A DNA stretch of 18,186 nt, from positions 1-18,186 of the forward strand of contig JAYODI010000101.1 of the NCBI GenBank assembly GCA_038279365.1, in the 5' to 3' direction. The DNA is from Candidatus Latescibacterota bacterium (GTDB taxonomy: Bacteria; Latescibacterota; UBA2968). Each line of letters opens with the position of its first letter. Positions within the stretch are counted from its first letter, which is position 1. The position numbers and the translations under genes were made by a program. Of this stretch, positions 1-7,611 are shown one piece after another. The notes below the pieces were generated by a model that was not told where the DNA came from, ran no database searches, and was given only the letters and a program-made list of their open reading frames with translations.

Positions 1-29
1 AACCCGCACGCGTATATGACGTGCGGGTT
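1..29 (-). terminator. Probable intrinsic terminator hairpin downstream of the enolase-superfamily gene
   Basis: Perfect 10-bp stem AACCCGCACG (1-10) / CGTGCGGGTT (20-29) with a 9-nt loop, about 20 nt past the stop at 51. The U-tract would lie outside the window. Confidence 0.6.
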
Positions 30-50
30 CTTATTTGGTGCGCATTGAAC

Positions 51-1457
51 TTAGAATGTGGCGACGGGTTGGGGTAAGTCGCGTTTGATTTGATCGAGTT
101 GGTAACCAAAACCGGGGCCTTGCAGAGTTGAGATGTCGAGTTGGCCATTTTGTCGGCGATAAACACCGGGGTGAACGGCGGCTTCGGGCAAAGAGGCATC
201 GGGGTAAAATTGCATGGCGTTGGTTTCCATGCCCATCACAGTGCCAGCATGTGCGGTGAGTAAAACGTGGGGAATTTGTGCAAGCATGGGGTTGGTGAGG
301 TCTTGTACCATAAGGCTCATGCCGTGTGCGCGTGCCCAACACAGCGATAAGATGGCCCCTGTTTGGGTTTTGCAGGTCTTGAGTGCCACGCCCGTCCAAC
401 CGAGTTTTCGGCCCAAGCGCACAATGCGCCAATCGTGTGCGCTTTCGTCCATGAAGAGGGGTTTTTGCGATGAGATGCTGTGTACGTCGAGTGGGTTTGC
501 TTCGAGTTCGTGTGCAAAGGGTTGTTCGACATAGAGGATCATTTGGTAAATACGGGGGTGGTCTTTTCTGAGCCTATCGAGGAGGTCGTTGACGTAATCG
601 ACGGTTTGAACGGTGCAGTTAAAGTCGGTGCATAACCACAGGGCACCGTGTTCAATGGCAATTTTTCCGATGTTGACGATGCGCTCATAATCCCAGCCGG
701 GTTGTTGGCCGGTGAGCTTGATTTTGAGGCAGGTAAGGCCGTCTGTTTTGATCCAGTCGGGCAAGACAACAGGGTAGTTGTCGTTGGGTTCGTTGCCTGT
801 GCGTTCGGCATCGTCTAAGAGATCATTGCCCCCCACAGCATGCCAAGCGGGTAAATGGTTGGGGCGTGGGTTGACGATGTAGTCGGCAGGGTATTGGCCG
901 TCGAAGGTGAAATCGACATCATCGGCAGGTTCGAGGTAATGACCTAAGTCGTGATTGAGATATTCGGGAGTATAGGTGTCGTAGATGTTGACATTATTGA
1001 CCATGCCATATGCATCGTGTAGGGCCAAGTCAAATGCAGAGGAGCAAACCAAGGCCGAGAGTTGTGGCATGGGGCCAATGGTGTTGGCATTTTGGGTGTT
1101 GAATGTTTCGCGTTCTTTGGGCAAGATGGTTTCTTGAAAGGTGTGGCCAATTTCAAGTGGGTGCCCCGATGTGTCACAGTTTGCCCACGCTTTGCCCAAT
1201 TGGACGCAAAAGTCTTTCATGGCCGATTCGCGAATGGCAAAGGTTAATTGTGCAGATGGCCATGCCCACGGTGCACTCAGGGGGGTTTCACCCCAACCTG
1301 TGGCAGTGTTGCCTTGTGCGTTTTCTACGGTGATGCTGGTGCGCACACAGGTGACACTGTCGAGTTGTTCTGTGCCAAAGCGATAGGGGGTACGCGTTTG
1401 AACAGATAAAAAATAAACGGTGACGGATTTAATTTTTATGTCGGTTGATTTGGGCAT
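51..1457 (-). CDS. Enolase superfamily (mandelate racemase/muconate lactonizing enzyme-like) protein, substrate unknown
   Basis: 468-aa ORF. N-terminal capping domain (ATGWGE, SAFDLALHDAYG), KxK motif (LKIKL), three acidic metal ligands in TDFN, VEQP and MDES, a Lys in ALKTCK, and a C-terminal GPGFG. Confidence 0.85.
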   Translation of the reverse strand: MPKSTDIKIKSVTVYFLSVQTRTPYRFGTEQLDSVTCVRTSITVENAQGNTATGWGETPLSAPWAWPSAQLTFAIRESAMKDFCVQLGKAWANCDTSGHPLEIGHTFQETILPKERETFNTQNANTIGPMPQLSALVCSSAFDLALHDAYGMVNNVNIYDTYTPEYLNHDLGHYLEPADDVDFTFDGQYPADYIVNPRPNHLPAWHAVGGNDLLDDAERTGNEPNDNYPVVLPDWIKTDGLTCLKIKLTGQQPGWDYERIVNIGKIAIEHGALWLCTDFNCTVQTVDYVNDLLDRLRKDHPRIYQMILYVEQPFAHELEANPLDVHSISSQKPLFMDESAHDWRIVRLGRKLGWTGVALKTCKTQTGAILSLCWARAHGMSLMVQDLTNPMLAQIPHVLLTAHAGTVMGMETNAMQFYPDASLPEAAVHPGVYRRQNGQLDISTLQGPGFGYQLDQIKRDLPQPVATF

Positions 1458-1691
1458 GATGGCTCTCGGGGTTTATAGGTCGTTGGATAAAGCGCTAAAG
1501 GGGAAGAAGAAAGACGGGAGAAGGAAGAAGATAGAAACCGTGTCTTTCTTTATCGAACGACTGGTTTTAAACATTCACCTGACGATTTATGGTATGCGTT
1601 TATAGATACACGTTAGGGCGGAATTTGGTTCATTTTAAGCTGCTGGCGATTTTTAGTGCGTTTGTTATGAGATGCGCATGTGCAGGTTTGT

Positions 1692-2756
1692 TTATTCTTT
1701 TAACGTGCGTGCCAAGGCGGATAGGAATTGATCGTTTTCTTCTTCTGTTCCAATGCTGACGCGCAAGGCTTTTTGGAGCATGGGATAGCTGGTGACATTG
1801 CGGATGAGTACGCCTTGTTCAATGAGGCCGTTGAAGACGGCTTGTGGATCGTTGACTTCAAAGAGGATGAGGTTGGCATCGGAAGGGTAAGCCGTCACTT
1901 GGCTCATTTGTGTGAGTGCTTGGTAAACACGGTCGCGCTCTTTGCAAATAAAAGCAATGCGTTCTTTGATGAGATCTTCGTGTTTTAAGATGGCCATTGC
2001 GGCGGTGTGTGAAAACACGTTGATGTCAAAGGGGATTTTGCCTTTGATGATTTCATTGCGCACACTTGGGTGTGCGATGAGATAACCGATGCGCACACCG
2101 GCTGCGCCAAATGCTTTGGAGAAGGTTTTGAGAATGATGAGATTGGGGTGTTTGGGCAAGAGGTCGAGTGCGGTTTGGTTGTTGAACTCGCCATAGGCCT
2201 CATCGACCATGATGAGTGCGTTGGTGTTTGAAAGTAGGATTTCTAAGTCGTCATTTGAGATGGCGCACCCTGTGGGATTGTTGGGTGAGCAGAGAATGGC
2301 CAAACGTACGTTTTTGCCTAGAATGGCTTTTTGAATGGCGGCTACATCAAAGCGGTAGTCGGATGTGAGTGGCACAGAGATGACATTGCCACTAAAGATA
2401 TTGGCGTACATATCGTAGAGTGAAAATGCGGGTGATGGAATGACCACATCGACACCGGGTGCAGCGATGACACCAAGAAGCAGTTGAATGAGGGTGTTGG
2501 AACCGTTGGTGACGATGAGACCATTGGGGTCTGCACCAACGTGTTTTGCAAGGGCGTGTACCAAGTCCATTTGCATGGGTTCAGGGTAACGCGACCACGA
2601 CTTTTGCCGAACGGCGTTGAGGATTTCTTCTTTGAGCGTGTCGGGAACGTCAAAGGGGCTTTCATTTTGATTGAGCTTAACGGGGCAATCGTAGGCTTTG
2701 AGGTGATAACCGTCTAAGGCGAGAATTTCGGGTTTGAAATTTTGGAGATAGTTCAT
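1692..2756 (-). CDS. hisC: Histidinol-phosphate aminotransferase
   Basis: 354 aa with KLNQNESP, NGSN, SPNNPTG, VDEAYGEF and the PLP-lysine motif TFSKAFGAAGVRIGY, plus LRVSIGT. Follows hisG-hisD. Confidence 0.95.
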   Translation of the reverse strand: MNYLQNFKPEILALDGYHLKAYDCPVKLNQNESPFDVPDTLKEEILNAVRQKSWSRYPEPMQMDLVHALAKHVGADPNGLIVTNGSNTLIQLLLGVIAAPGVDVVIPSPAFSLYDMYANIFSGNVISVPLTSDYRFDVAAIQKAILGKNVRLAILCSPNNPTGCAISNDDLEILLSNTNALIMVDEAYGEFNNQTALDLLPKHPNLIILKTFSKAFGAAGVRIGYLIAHPSVRNEIIKGKIPFDINVFSHTAAMAILKHEDLIKERIAFICKERDRVYQALTQMSQVTAYPSDANLILFEVNDPQAVFNGLIEQGVLIRNVTSYPMLQKALRVSIGTEEENDQFLSALARTLKE

Positions 2757-2862
2757 AAGTCTCAGGTCTCAGGTCAAAAAGTCTCAGGTCTTAGGTCAAA
2801 AGTCAAAATCACAGGTTTGTGTGACTTAGACCTGTGACTTGTGGACTTGCGACCTGTGACTT
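2757..2862. repeat. Palindromically arranged heptamer array in the hisD-hisC spacer
   Basis: Left arm units: AAGTCTC AGGTCTC AGGTCAA AAGTCTC AGGTCTT AGGTCAA AAGTCAA. Right arm reverse-complement units: GTGACTT AGACCT GTGACTT GGACTT GCGACCT GTGACTT. Confidence 0.85.
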
Positions 2863-2871
2863 GTTTTGTTT

Positions 2872-4164
2872 TTAAAGTCTTTGTCGAATGGCGTTGGCGT
2901 GGCCGTCGAGGCCTTCTGCTTCGGCCAATGTGATGATGTGGCCAGCGGTTTTTTTGAGGCGTTCTTCGGTGTATTGCACAATGCTGATGGTTTTGATAAA
3001 GGTATCGACGCCTACGGATGATGCAAACCGTGCGGCACCTGCTGTGGGTAAAATATGGTTGGTACCAGCATAATAATCGCCTACGGGTTCGGATGAAGCG
3101 GGGCCCATAAAAACAGCACCGGCATGTTGTACCGATTGCAAATGTGCCCACGGGTCTGCAACGATGAGTTCGAGATGTTCTGGTGCAATGCGGTTGGCCA
3201 AGGTGATGCCTTCGGGAATGTCTTTGACCACAACAATGGCACCAAAGCGATCTAAGGCTTTTTGAATGGCTTCTTTGTTGGACAGATCGGTGGCTTGCGC
3301 CACAACCTCTTTGGCGACTTCTTCGGCGAGCTTGGGCGATGGGGTGATACAAACGGCAGATTCAAAACCACTACCGTGTTCGGCTTGGGAGAGCAAGTCG
3401 CCTGCGATGTGTTTGGCTTTTGCGGTATCGTCTGCAACCACAACAATTTCACTTGGGCCGGCCACCATGTCGATGTCTACGGTGCCAAAAACGAGTTTTT
3501 TGGCAATTTGTACATAGGGGTTGCCCGGGCCAACGAGTTTGTCAACTCGGGGAATGGTTTCGGTACCATAGGCCAATGCAGAGATGGCTTGTGCGCCAAA
3601 GACTTTGTAAATGTGTGTGATGCCCACCACATGAGCCGCGGCCAAAACAGCTGGGTGTACGTGCCCATTGGATTGGGGGGGGGTTGCCACGCAGATATAA
3701 GGCACGCCTGCAATTTGTGCAGGAATGGCGGCCATGAGGAGCGTTGAAAACAGAGGCGCACTGGCACCTGGAATGAGTAGGGCAACGCGTTCAATGGGAA
3801 CCACACGTTTGCCAAGGATGACACCATCACCATCTTCAATGAACCAAGAGCTGCGTTTTTGGGCTTCGTGAAATCGGCGAATGTTTGCGGCAGCGGCTTC
3901 GATGACCGACAGCAGATTGGGGTCGGCTTGGCGATAGGCAGCTTCAATTTCTGACTCGGGCACGCGCAATTCGGATGCTTGCAGGTCTATGCCATCAAAT
4001 TTTTTGGTGTATGATAAGAGGGCTTGGTCGCCTTTTTCGCGCACGGTGGCAACAATTTCGCGAGTGGCTATTTCTTGCTCGGGCGAAAAATCTGTGGTGC
4101 GAGAAAGAATGGCATTGAGCTTGGGGCCTAAACTTTCACTGTTGTATGTGATAATGTCTATCAT
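2872..4164 (-). CDS. hisD: Histidinol dehydrogenase
   Basis: 430 aa with GAQAISALAYGT, VGPGNPYV, IDMVAGPSE, DLLSQAEH, APEHLEL and GDYYAGTNHILPT. Confidence 0.97.
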   Translation of the reverse strand: MIDIITYNSESLGPKLNAILSRTTDFSPEQEIATREIVATVREKGDQALLSYTKKFDGIDLQASELRVPESEIEAAYRQADPNLLSVIEAAAANIRRFHEAQKRSSWFIEDGDGVILGKRVVPIERVALLIPGASAPLFSTLLMAAIPAQIAGVPYICVATPPQSNGHVHPAVLAAAHVVGITHIYKVFGAQAISALAYGTETIPRVDKLVGPGNPYVQIAKKLVFGTVDIDMVAGPSEIVVVADDTAKAKHIAGDLLSQAEHGSGFESAVCITPSPKLAEEVAKEVVAQATDLSNKEAIQKALDRFGAIVVVKDIPEGITLANRIAPEHLELIVADPWAHLQSVQHAGAVFMGPASSEPVGDYYAGTNHILPTAGAARFASSVGVDTFIKTISIVQYTEERLKKTAGHIITLAEAEGLDGHANAIRQRL

Positions 4165-4200
4165 AGTTTTGGTTGGGGTTAGGCTATGCGCTTTATGATG

Positions 4201-5079
4201 TTAATAGATGACTTTGTTTAATGGGTATTCGATGATGCCTTCGGCACCCAATTTTTTGAGTTGGGGAATGATGTCGCGTACGACCCGTTCATCTACCACA
4301 ACTTCTATGGCCACCCAGTTTTCATCGAGTAGATTGGCGATGGTTGGGTTGTTGAGGGCAGGCAAGTTTTTGACAATGGCGTTGAGATCTGATCGGCGTA
4401 CGTTCATTTTGAGGCCGACTTTGTCTTGGGCCTGAAATGCGCCAGTGAGCAACATGGCAATGTTTTGAATTTTTTCGCGTTTCCAAGGGTCTTCCCACGC
4501 TGTTTTGTTGGCGATAAGGCGAGGGGTGGTTTCAAACATGGTCTCAATGATGCGCAGTTTATTAGCGCGTATGGAAGATCCTGTTTCTGTGATTTCTGCA
4601 ATGGCATCTACAAGGCCAGGCACACGCACTTTGGCTTCTGTGGATCCCCACGAAAACTCGACTTCGGCATCGACGCCTTTTTCTTTTAAATAATTGCGCG
4701 TGGCGATGACCAATTCGGTGGCAATACGTTTGCCATTGAGGTCTTGGATGGTTTTGATGTCTGAGTCTTCTGGTACGGCAATGATCCAACGGGCAGGTTG
4801 GGCAGTGGCTTTGCTGTATTGGAGCTCGGCAATTTCGATCACATCGGCGTTGTTTTCACGAATCCAATCCAAACCGGTGAGGCCTACATCTAAAACACCG
4901 CGCTGAACATAGTGTGCCATTTCTTGGGCGCGTAAAAAGAGGCCTTCTAATTCGGGATCGTCAATGGCTGGGGTATAAGAGCGATAACTTGCACGAATGC
5001 GATACCCTGCTTTGGCAAAGAGATTGAGTGTGGATTCTTGAAGGCTGCCAGACGGCAGACCTATTTTTAAAACGGACAT
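4201..5079 (-). CDS. hisG: ATP phosphoribosyltransferase, long form
   Basis: [21 protein letters not shown] and [14 protein letters not shown], plus the C-terminal regulatory domain (LPALNNPTI...GAEGI). Start reassigned to ATG at 5079 because AAGGAG lies at 5095-5090; gives 292 aa. Confidence 0.96.
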   Translation of the reverse strand: MSVLKIGLPSGSLQESTLNLFAKAGYRIRASYRSYTPAIDDPELEGLFLRAQEMAHYVQRGVLDVGLTGLDWIRENNADVIEIAELQYSKATAQPARWIIAVPEDSDIKTIQDLNGKRIATELVIATRNYLKEKGVDAEVEFSWGSTEAKVRVPGLVDAIAEITETGSSIRANKLRIIETMFETTPRLIANKTAWEDPWKREKIQNIAMLLTGAFQAQDKVGLKMNVRRSDLNAIVKNLPALNNPTIANLLDENWVAIEVVVDERVVRDIIPQLKKLGAEGIIEYPLNKVIY

Positions 5080-5116
5080 GAACAAATCACTCCTTAAGGG
5101 CGTAAAAAATAAAACC

Positions 5117-5210
5117 GTCACAAGTCGCAGGTTGGAAAGTCGCAGGTCAAATACAAAAGCTTTTAATGTGTTTTAGACTTGAGACTTGCAGGCTTGTGAC
5201 CTGCAGACCT
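5117..5210. repeat. Second palindromically arranged heptamer array, upstream of hisG
   Basis: Left arm: GTCAC AAGTCGC AGGTTGG AAAGTCGC AGGTCAA. AT-rich centre. Right arm: TAGACTT GAGACTT GCAGGCTT GTGACCT GCAGACCT. Same unit as 2757-2862. Confidence 0.8.
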
Positions 5211-5299
5211 AAAGTCTTTACCGCATTAAAGATACTTATTTTTGCAAATGGTGGGAAATTTTTTGGCAGACGGCAGGTAATTTGGCAGATGGTGTTGAT

Positions 5300-6799
5300 T
5301 TACCGGTTTTGGCTTTCAAGGTGGGCAATTAAACCGTTGAGTTGTTTGTGAATTTCTTGGAAATGTTTGTTTTCTTTGAAGTCGCGGATGAGTTCAAAGC
5401 GGTCATAACTGTATGTATCGCGCGAATATTCGGCAGGATCATAATAGAATTTGATGCCAAATCCTGTAATTTTTGGAAATTCACCTTCGTGCATTTGCAG
5501 GTTTTCGGTTTTCACTTCTCCATTTTCAAACAAAACGCCTCGTGTGGAATCAACCCGCACAATTTTTGAGAGAATTTGGATCTTCATCGGAATTTCGGGT
5601 TCGTAAACTTCAGTTTCACGGTTAAAGCGCAATTTGGGATAAAAATTGAGCAAATAACAAACACTTTCGAGCACTTTTACTTTTTCTTCAAGTGACATAG
5701 AGGCATGATTTTCGCCCAAGATATAAGCCAAAAAGGAATCAGAGCATTCCATTTTGATGCCACCAATGCTGAAATCGACCATGTCTAAAGCCAGTCCGGT
5801 TTCTTTGCGGATATCGCCGTTGGTACGTACGGTTAGGTTTTCGGTACCCACACGTGATACTTGAGCGATGAGGTCGTAATATTCTATGGCAGCGTCATTG
5901 CTGATTGAGGTGTGAAAGTTGAGCACCATCACGTCGCCCTCTTTCAAACTCAATGGATTTTTGGGATCTCCAGACAATTTGGGGGGTTTGCGAATGTAGA
6001 AGTTGCGTGTGTCTACGGCACGCGGATTGGGACGTCGGTTGTTGACCAGTTCAAGACCCAACATGTCTGATTTGCCCATTTCGAGCAGTGAGACTTTATT
6101 GGATCGCTCGTCCATGTGTGGTTTGCTGACATAGACCACCCGGCTTTCACGAGAATTGAGCCGAATGGCATTTTTCATGAATTTGACAATTTCTTCGGGT
6201 GATTGTTCGGCCAACTCGGAATTGTGATCGTGTGGAATGGGATGAATGTCGGTGATGTAGGGTGGCAAACTGCCCGTTTCTGGAAAGACCACATCGGTTT
6301 TGGTGACAAAAAGGTCGAATAAAACTTGTGTATAAACGCGACGATCACCCGTTACTTTGTGTGAGTAGCGCAGATATTGGCGTTTTTCTATTTTGCGGAT
6401 GTTGCTGACAGGGCGCAACATGTAGGCAACGGGAATGCGAGGCGCAAGGTCGTCCATGAGTGATTCTGGAAACCGGATACGCCCCATGACACGGCAATCG
6501 AGAGAATGAGGCACACTTCGAAATAAAAACCACAGATGCAAAATATCACCTTTGCCCAAGTGGTTTTCATCGGCACGAACCCCATCGGGCGTGCTGACGT
6601 AAATGGCTTTGTTCTGTACAAGTACATTGTTCTCGTGTTTAAAAACAAAGGCACGTTCCAGGTCTTCCTGGTTGTCTTCGCTTTTCACGAGACTACAGTT
6701 GACAGAGTTGGGGCTCATTTCGGCAAACCGCTGCAAGATTTTTTCTAAGGTGTTGGCTTTGCGGTTGCCGCCGCCTTTTTTGAACGGATTAAAATTCAT
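5300..6799 (-). CDS. Hypothetical protein, putative PilZ/YcgR-like c-di-GMP-binding protein with a large insertion
   Basis: 499-aa ORF; coding status is well supported by its length, function is inferred. RxxxR (R140-QYL-R144), DxSxxG (D342-FSIG-G347) and PilZ-like terminal strands KIVRV and GIKF. Confidence 0.6.
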   Translation of the reverse strand: MNFNPFKKGGGNRKANTLEKILQRFAEMSPNSVNCSLVKSEDNQEDLERAFVFKHENNVLVQNKAIYVSTPDGVRADENHLGKGDILHLWFLFRSVPHSLDCRVMGRIRFPESLMDDLAPRIPVAYMLRPVSNIRKIEKRQYLRYSHKVTGDRRVYTQVLFDLFVTKTDVVFPETGSLPPYITDIHPIPHDHNSELAEQSPEEIVKFMKNAIRLNSRESRVVYVSKPHMDERSNKVSLLEMGKSDMLGLELVNNRRPNPRAVDTRNFYIRKPPKLSGDPKNPLSLKEGDVMVLNFHTSISNDAAIEYYDLIAQVSRVGTENLTVRTNGDIRKETGLALDMVDFSIGGIKMECSDSFLAYILGENHASMSLEEKVKVLESVCYLLNFYPKLRFNRETEVYEPEIPMKIQILSKIVRVDSTRGVLFENGEVKTENLQMHEGEFPKITGFGIKFYYDPAEYSRDTYSYDRFELIRDFKENKHFQEIHKQLNGLIAHLESQNR

Positions 6800-6845
6800 T
6801 CACCCGCCTATAAAGTAGAGGGAGATTTTGGCACATACGATTGCA

Positions 6846-6873
6846 ATTAAAAGATTTATGGATGCTTTGTCAA
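6846..6873 (-). promoter_or_regulatory. Putative sigma70 promoter for the PilZ-like gene
   Basis: Minus-strand TTGACA (6873-6868), 16-bp spacer, TTTAAT (6851-6846), about 45 nt before the ATG at 6799. Confidence 0.45.
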
Positions 6874-6893
6874 TCTCAAAGTATGGACGTTGA

Positions 6894-6922
6894 TTGACAA
6901 ATGGCTTGGTGAAAGTTAAGTT
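6894..6922 (+). promoter_or_regulatory. Putative sigma70 promoter for the phosphoesterase-uvrC genes
   Basis: TTGACA (6894-6899), 17-bp spacer, TAAGTT (6917-6922). Back-to-back with the minus-strand promoter. Confidence 0.5.
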
Positions 6923-7015
6923 AGCAAAGCCACCTTGTCTCTATCGGTTTTTCGGTCATTTTGAAAAAAACTTTACTTAATTTCGTATTGTCAAATTCAA
7001 TTAGGAGATTGTTTG

Positions 7016-7510
7016 ATGCCCCAATCACACCTTATAGGCTTAATTACGGACACTCATGACAACAAACATGCCATTGCAAAAGCTGTTCAGGTGTTTCAAC
7101 AACGCGATGTGGGGTTGATTTTGCATGGGGGAGATTATATTGCCCCATTTAATGCGCGATGGATGTCTGATATTCGGGTACCTTTTGTAGGGGTTTTTGG
7201 CAATAACGACGGTGAAAAATTTGGTTTAAGAGCCCAATTTGAATCTTTGGGGCCTATCCATCGTGCCCCTTTTGTACAGGTGTGGGAAGGAAAACGCATT
7301 TTGATGCTCCACGAACCCGACGAGGTGGATGCCTTGGCTCAAAGTGGAGCCTATGATGTTATTTTTTATGGTCATACGCATAAAATTGATATGCGTAAAG
7401 GTCCCACATTGGTGATTAACCCAGGTGAAGCGTGTGGTTGGACAACGGGCCGTGAGACGGTGGGTATTTTGGATTTGAATGCGATGGATGTGGAGATTGT
7501 GGATCTTTAG
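7016..7510 (+). CDS. Metallophosphoesterase, YfcE/MJ0936 family
   Basis: Calcineurin-like motifs TDTHDN, HGGD, GNND, MLHEP, GHTH and INPGE. AGGAG at 7003-7007 favours ATG 7016; TTG 7013 is the alternative. Confidence 0.9.
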   Translation: MPQSHLIGLITDTHDNKHAIAKAVQVFQQRDVGLILHGGDYIAPFNARWMSDIRVPFVGVFGNNDGEKFGLRAQFESLGPIHRAPFVQVWEGKRILMLHEPDEVDALAQSGAYDVIFYGHTHKIDMRKGPTLVINPGEACGWTTGRETVGILDLNAMDVEIVDL

Positions 7511-7611
7511 AGCGATGTGGCAGGGGGAACAGGGCTCTGCTTATCGCCCAAATGTGATGTGGGTTGCCTATTTGTCATCTTATGAACATATTTTGAAGCA
7601 GGCAATACCAA

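Noticed and set aside
2757-5210. Repeat arrays as CRISPR
   Set aside because: The units are 7 bp, degenerate and inverted, with no unique spacers and no cas genes.
5080-5299. Histidine attenuator leader peptide
   Set aside because: No short ORF with a run of His codons was found on the minus strand.
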